Below are positions 62,395 through 64,000 of a stretch of DNA of 64,000 nt, in pieces; positions within the stretch are counted from its first letter, which is position 1, and every line of letters begins with the position of its first letter. This DNA is from Chara braunii. Its lineage: Eukaryota; Plantae; Charophyceae. Location of the stretch: the NCBI GenBank assembly GCA_003427395.1, contig BFEA01000010.1:7052077-7116076 (forward strand), in the 5' to 3' direction. The position numbers and the translations under genes were made by a program. Below the pieces are notes generated by a model. It was not told where the DNA came from, made no database searches, and was given only the letters and a program-made list of their open reading frames with translations.

Positions 62395-63200
62395 AGGCGA
62401 GGCCCCCACCCATCCCATCCTCGCGTCAAAACTCCTAGCGCATCCCCTATCCCTACTATCCTACCTCAGTGTGACCAGCACTCAGGACCATCACCCTACG
62501 CATCGAGGGGAACTTGGACCGAACAGTAGTGACAGGCACCAGGGCTAGCTACCCAGCCCTGGTTGAAGCATAGTCAAACGAGCCTCGTCGTACGGGTACT
62601 TCGGACGCCAGGCTCAAGCCATCACCTATTGGCCCCTAATTTGACCAACTAGTAACTCACGCCCTCTACTCTCCCACCACAGACCTAGCTGTATATTTAA
62701 TGCGGGGTACTTATCATTGAGACGCCTATCATCATCACCAGTTGGAGCCGACCAAGCCAACCACTGACTCATGCCCTCTACTCTCCCACCACAGACCCTA
62801 GCTGTATATTTAAGGCGGGGAAATTATCATCAAGACGCCTATCTTCATTATCAGTTGATCATGACCTCCACCCAGCCCTTGGGTATGTGTGTGTGTGTGT
62901 GCGTGTGTGTGTGTGAGCCCCCTAAGTTGACCAACTAGTAACTCACGCCCTCTACTCTCCCACCACAGACCTAGACGTATACTTAATGCGAGGTACTTAT
63001 CATCGAGACGCCTATCATCATCACCAGTCAGAACCCAGCAGACCAACCAGTGACTCACACCCTCTACTCTCCCACCACAGACCCTAGCTGTATTTTTAAG
63101 GCGGGGTACTTGTCATCATTATCAGTTGATCGTGACCTCCTCTCAACCCTATGGTTGTGTATGTGTGTATGTACTCTGTAACGTAGACGTGTGCCTGTGG
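62395..63200 (-). mobile_element. Relative of the 24352-25821 SINE, with internal tandem expansions
   Basis: 62400-62730 is the reverse complement of ~25420-25700. The unit actcacgccctctactctcccaccacagacc recurs at ~62655, 62767, 62941 and 63053. Confidence 0.8.
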
Positions 63201-63565
63201 GCTATATGTAATCCTGTCCCCCTCTCTTCCCTGTCCCACTGACTGTATTGTAGCCCCGTCCAAGTCCCCCTCTCTTCCCTGTCCCACTGACTATTGTAGC
63301 CCCGTCCATCGACATCCGGCCCCCCTCTCTTCCCTGGCCCACTTTTGATCCCGATTGGGCTTCCGGTGCCTGCTCTTCTGTCTGTAATGCCCAGAAGCTA
63401 TTCACGTTGTGCCCTCAAGCCCCATTTTTCTTGCTGAAGGCTTCTTTTTGGTGGGTTTTATATTTGTGAGGGGTCCCCCCCTTGTGAGTGGTGTTGACTT
63501 TTATTTTAGCAGGCTGCTTATTTCGGGAGACTGTCTGCCACAGCTCTGTGGCTTCCGTGCCTTTT

Positions 63566-63567
<2 letters not shown>

Positions 63568-63606
<39 letters not shown>

Positions 63607-64000
63607 CCTTAACAGTCCATGGTGTTGTAGAGGCCAGTCACTGAGTGCACGGTGATCACCTGGAGCAGTAGGCCGTGGGTGCCCTGGATATGAGACAACC
63701 TCCTATCCCATCCTCACGTCAATACTCCTAGCGCACCCCCTATCCCACTATCCTACCTCAGTGTGACCAGCACTCAGGACCATTACCCTACCAATGGGCA
63801 GGTAACTTGGACCGAACAGCAGTGATAGGCACCAGGGCTGATAGGTTGCCCAGCCCTGGTAGAAGCGGAATCGGACGAGCCTTGTCGAACAGGAACTTCG
63901 GACGCCAGGCACAGACAATCTACTACAGGCCCCAAGAGACTTCGGGCCCGAGGTTCAGACAGGGTAGCACCCATTGAAGCAGTCTTACCGTCCTTCCCCT
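63568..64000 (-). mobile_element. Third element sharing the SINE 3' tail, with poly(A); continues beyond the window
   Basis: Poly(T) 63568-63606, then similarity to ~25490-25795 up to ~63910. Confidence 0.82.

Overview
Eukaryotic, repeat-dominated draft-scaffold window with five N gaps (2964-3073, 16038-16971, 21932-22811, 28664-29373, 56015-56792). The mix of TE families suggests a plant/streptophyte alga such as Chara (inference only). The only host gene I recognise is the last exon of acyl-CoA oxidase 4 (430-564). The rest is nested mobile DNA: (i) two MITE-like elements and an LTR-like block; (ii) a partially tandem Penelope-like element (15726-22906, +) with an N-terminal GIY-YIG endonuclease followed by RT, preceded by a separate ~500-codon ORF1 that meets ORF2 at a G GGA AAC-stop heptamer in exact -1 frameshift register; (iii) several L1/Tx1-type LINE pieces sharing a structured 3' tail; (iv) a 1.47-kb two-tRNA-headed SINE-like retroposon with a 16-bp TSD, plus two relatives; (v) a large minus-strand Ty3/Gypsy element (>=24 kb) with >6-kb LTRs and a tRNA-Asp PBS, whose extra ORF upstream of gag is built from repeats of an unrecognised domain that also occurs inside the LTR. 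A Nextera mate-pair junction adapter at 62349-62386 marks a chimeric join. All TE ORFs carry stops or frameshifts. Assignments were made by eye from motifs; no searches were run.
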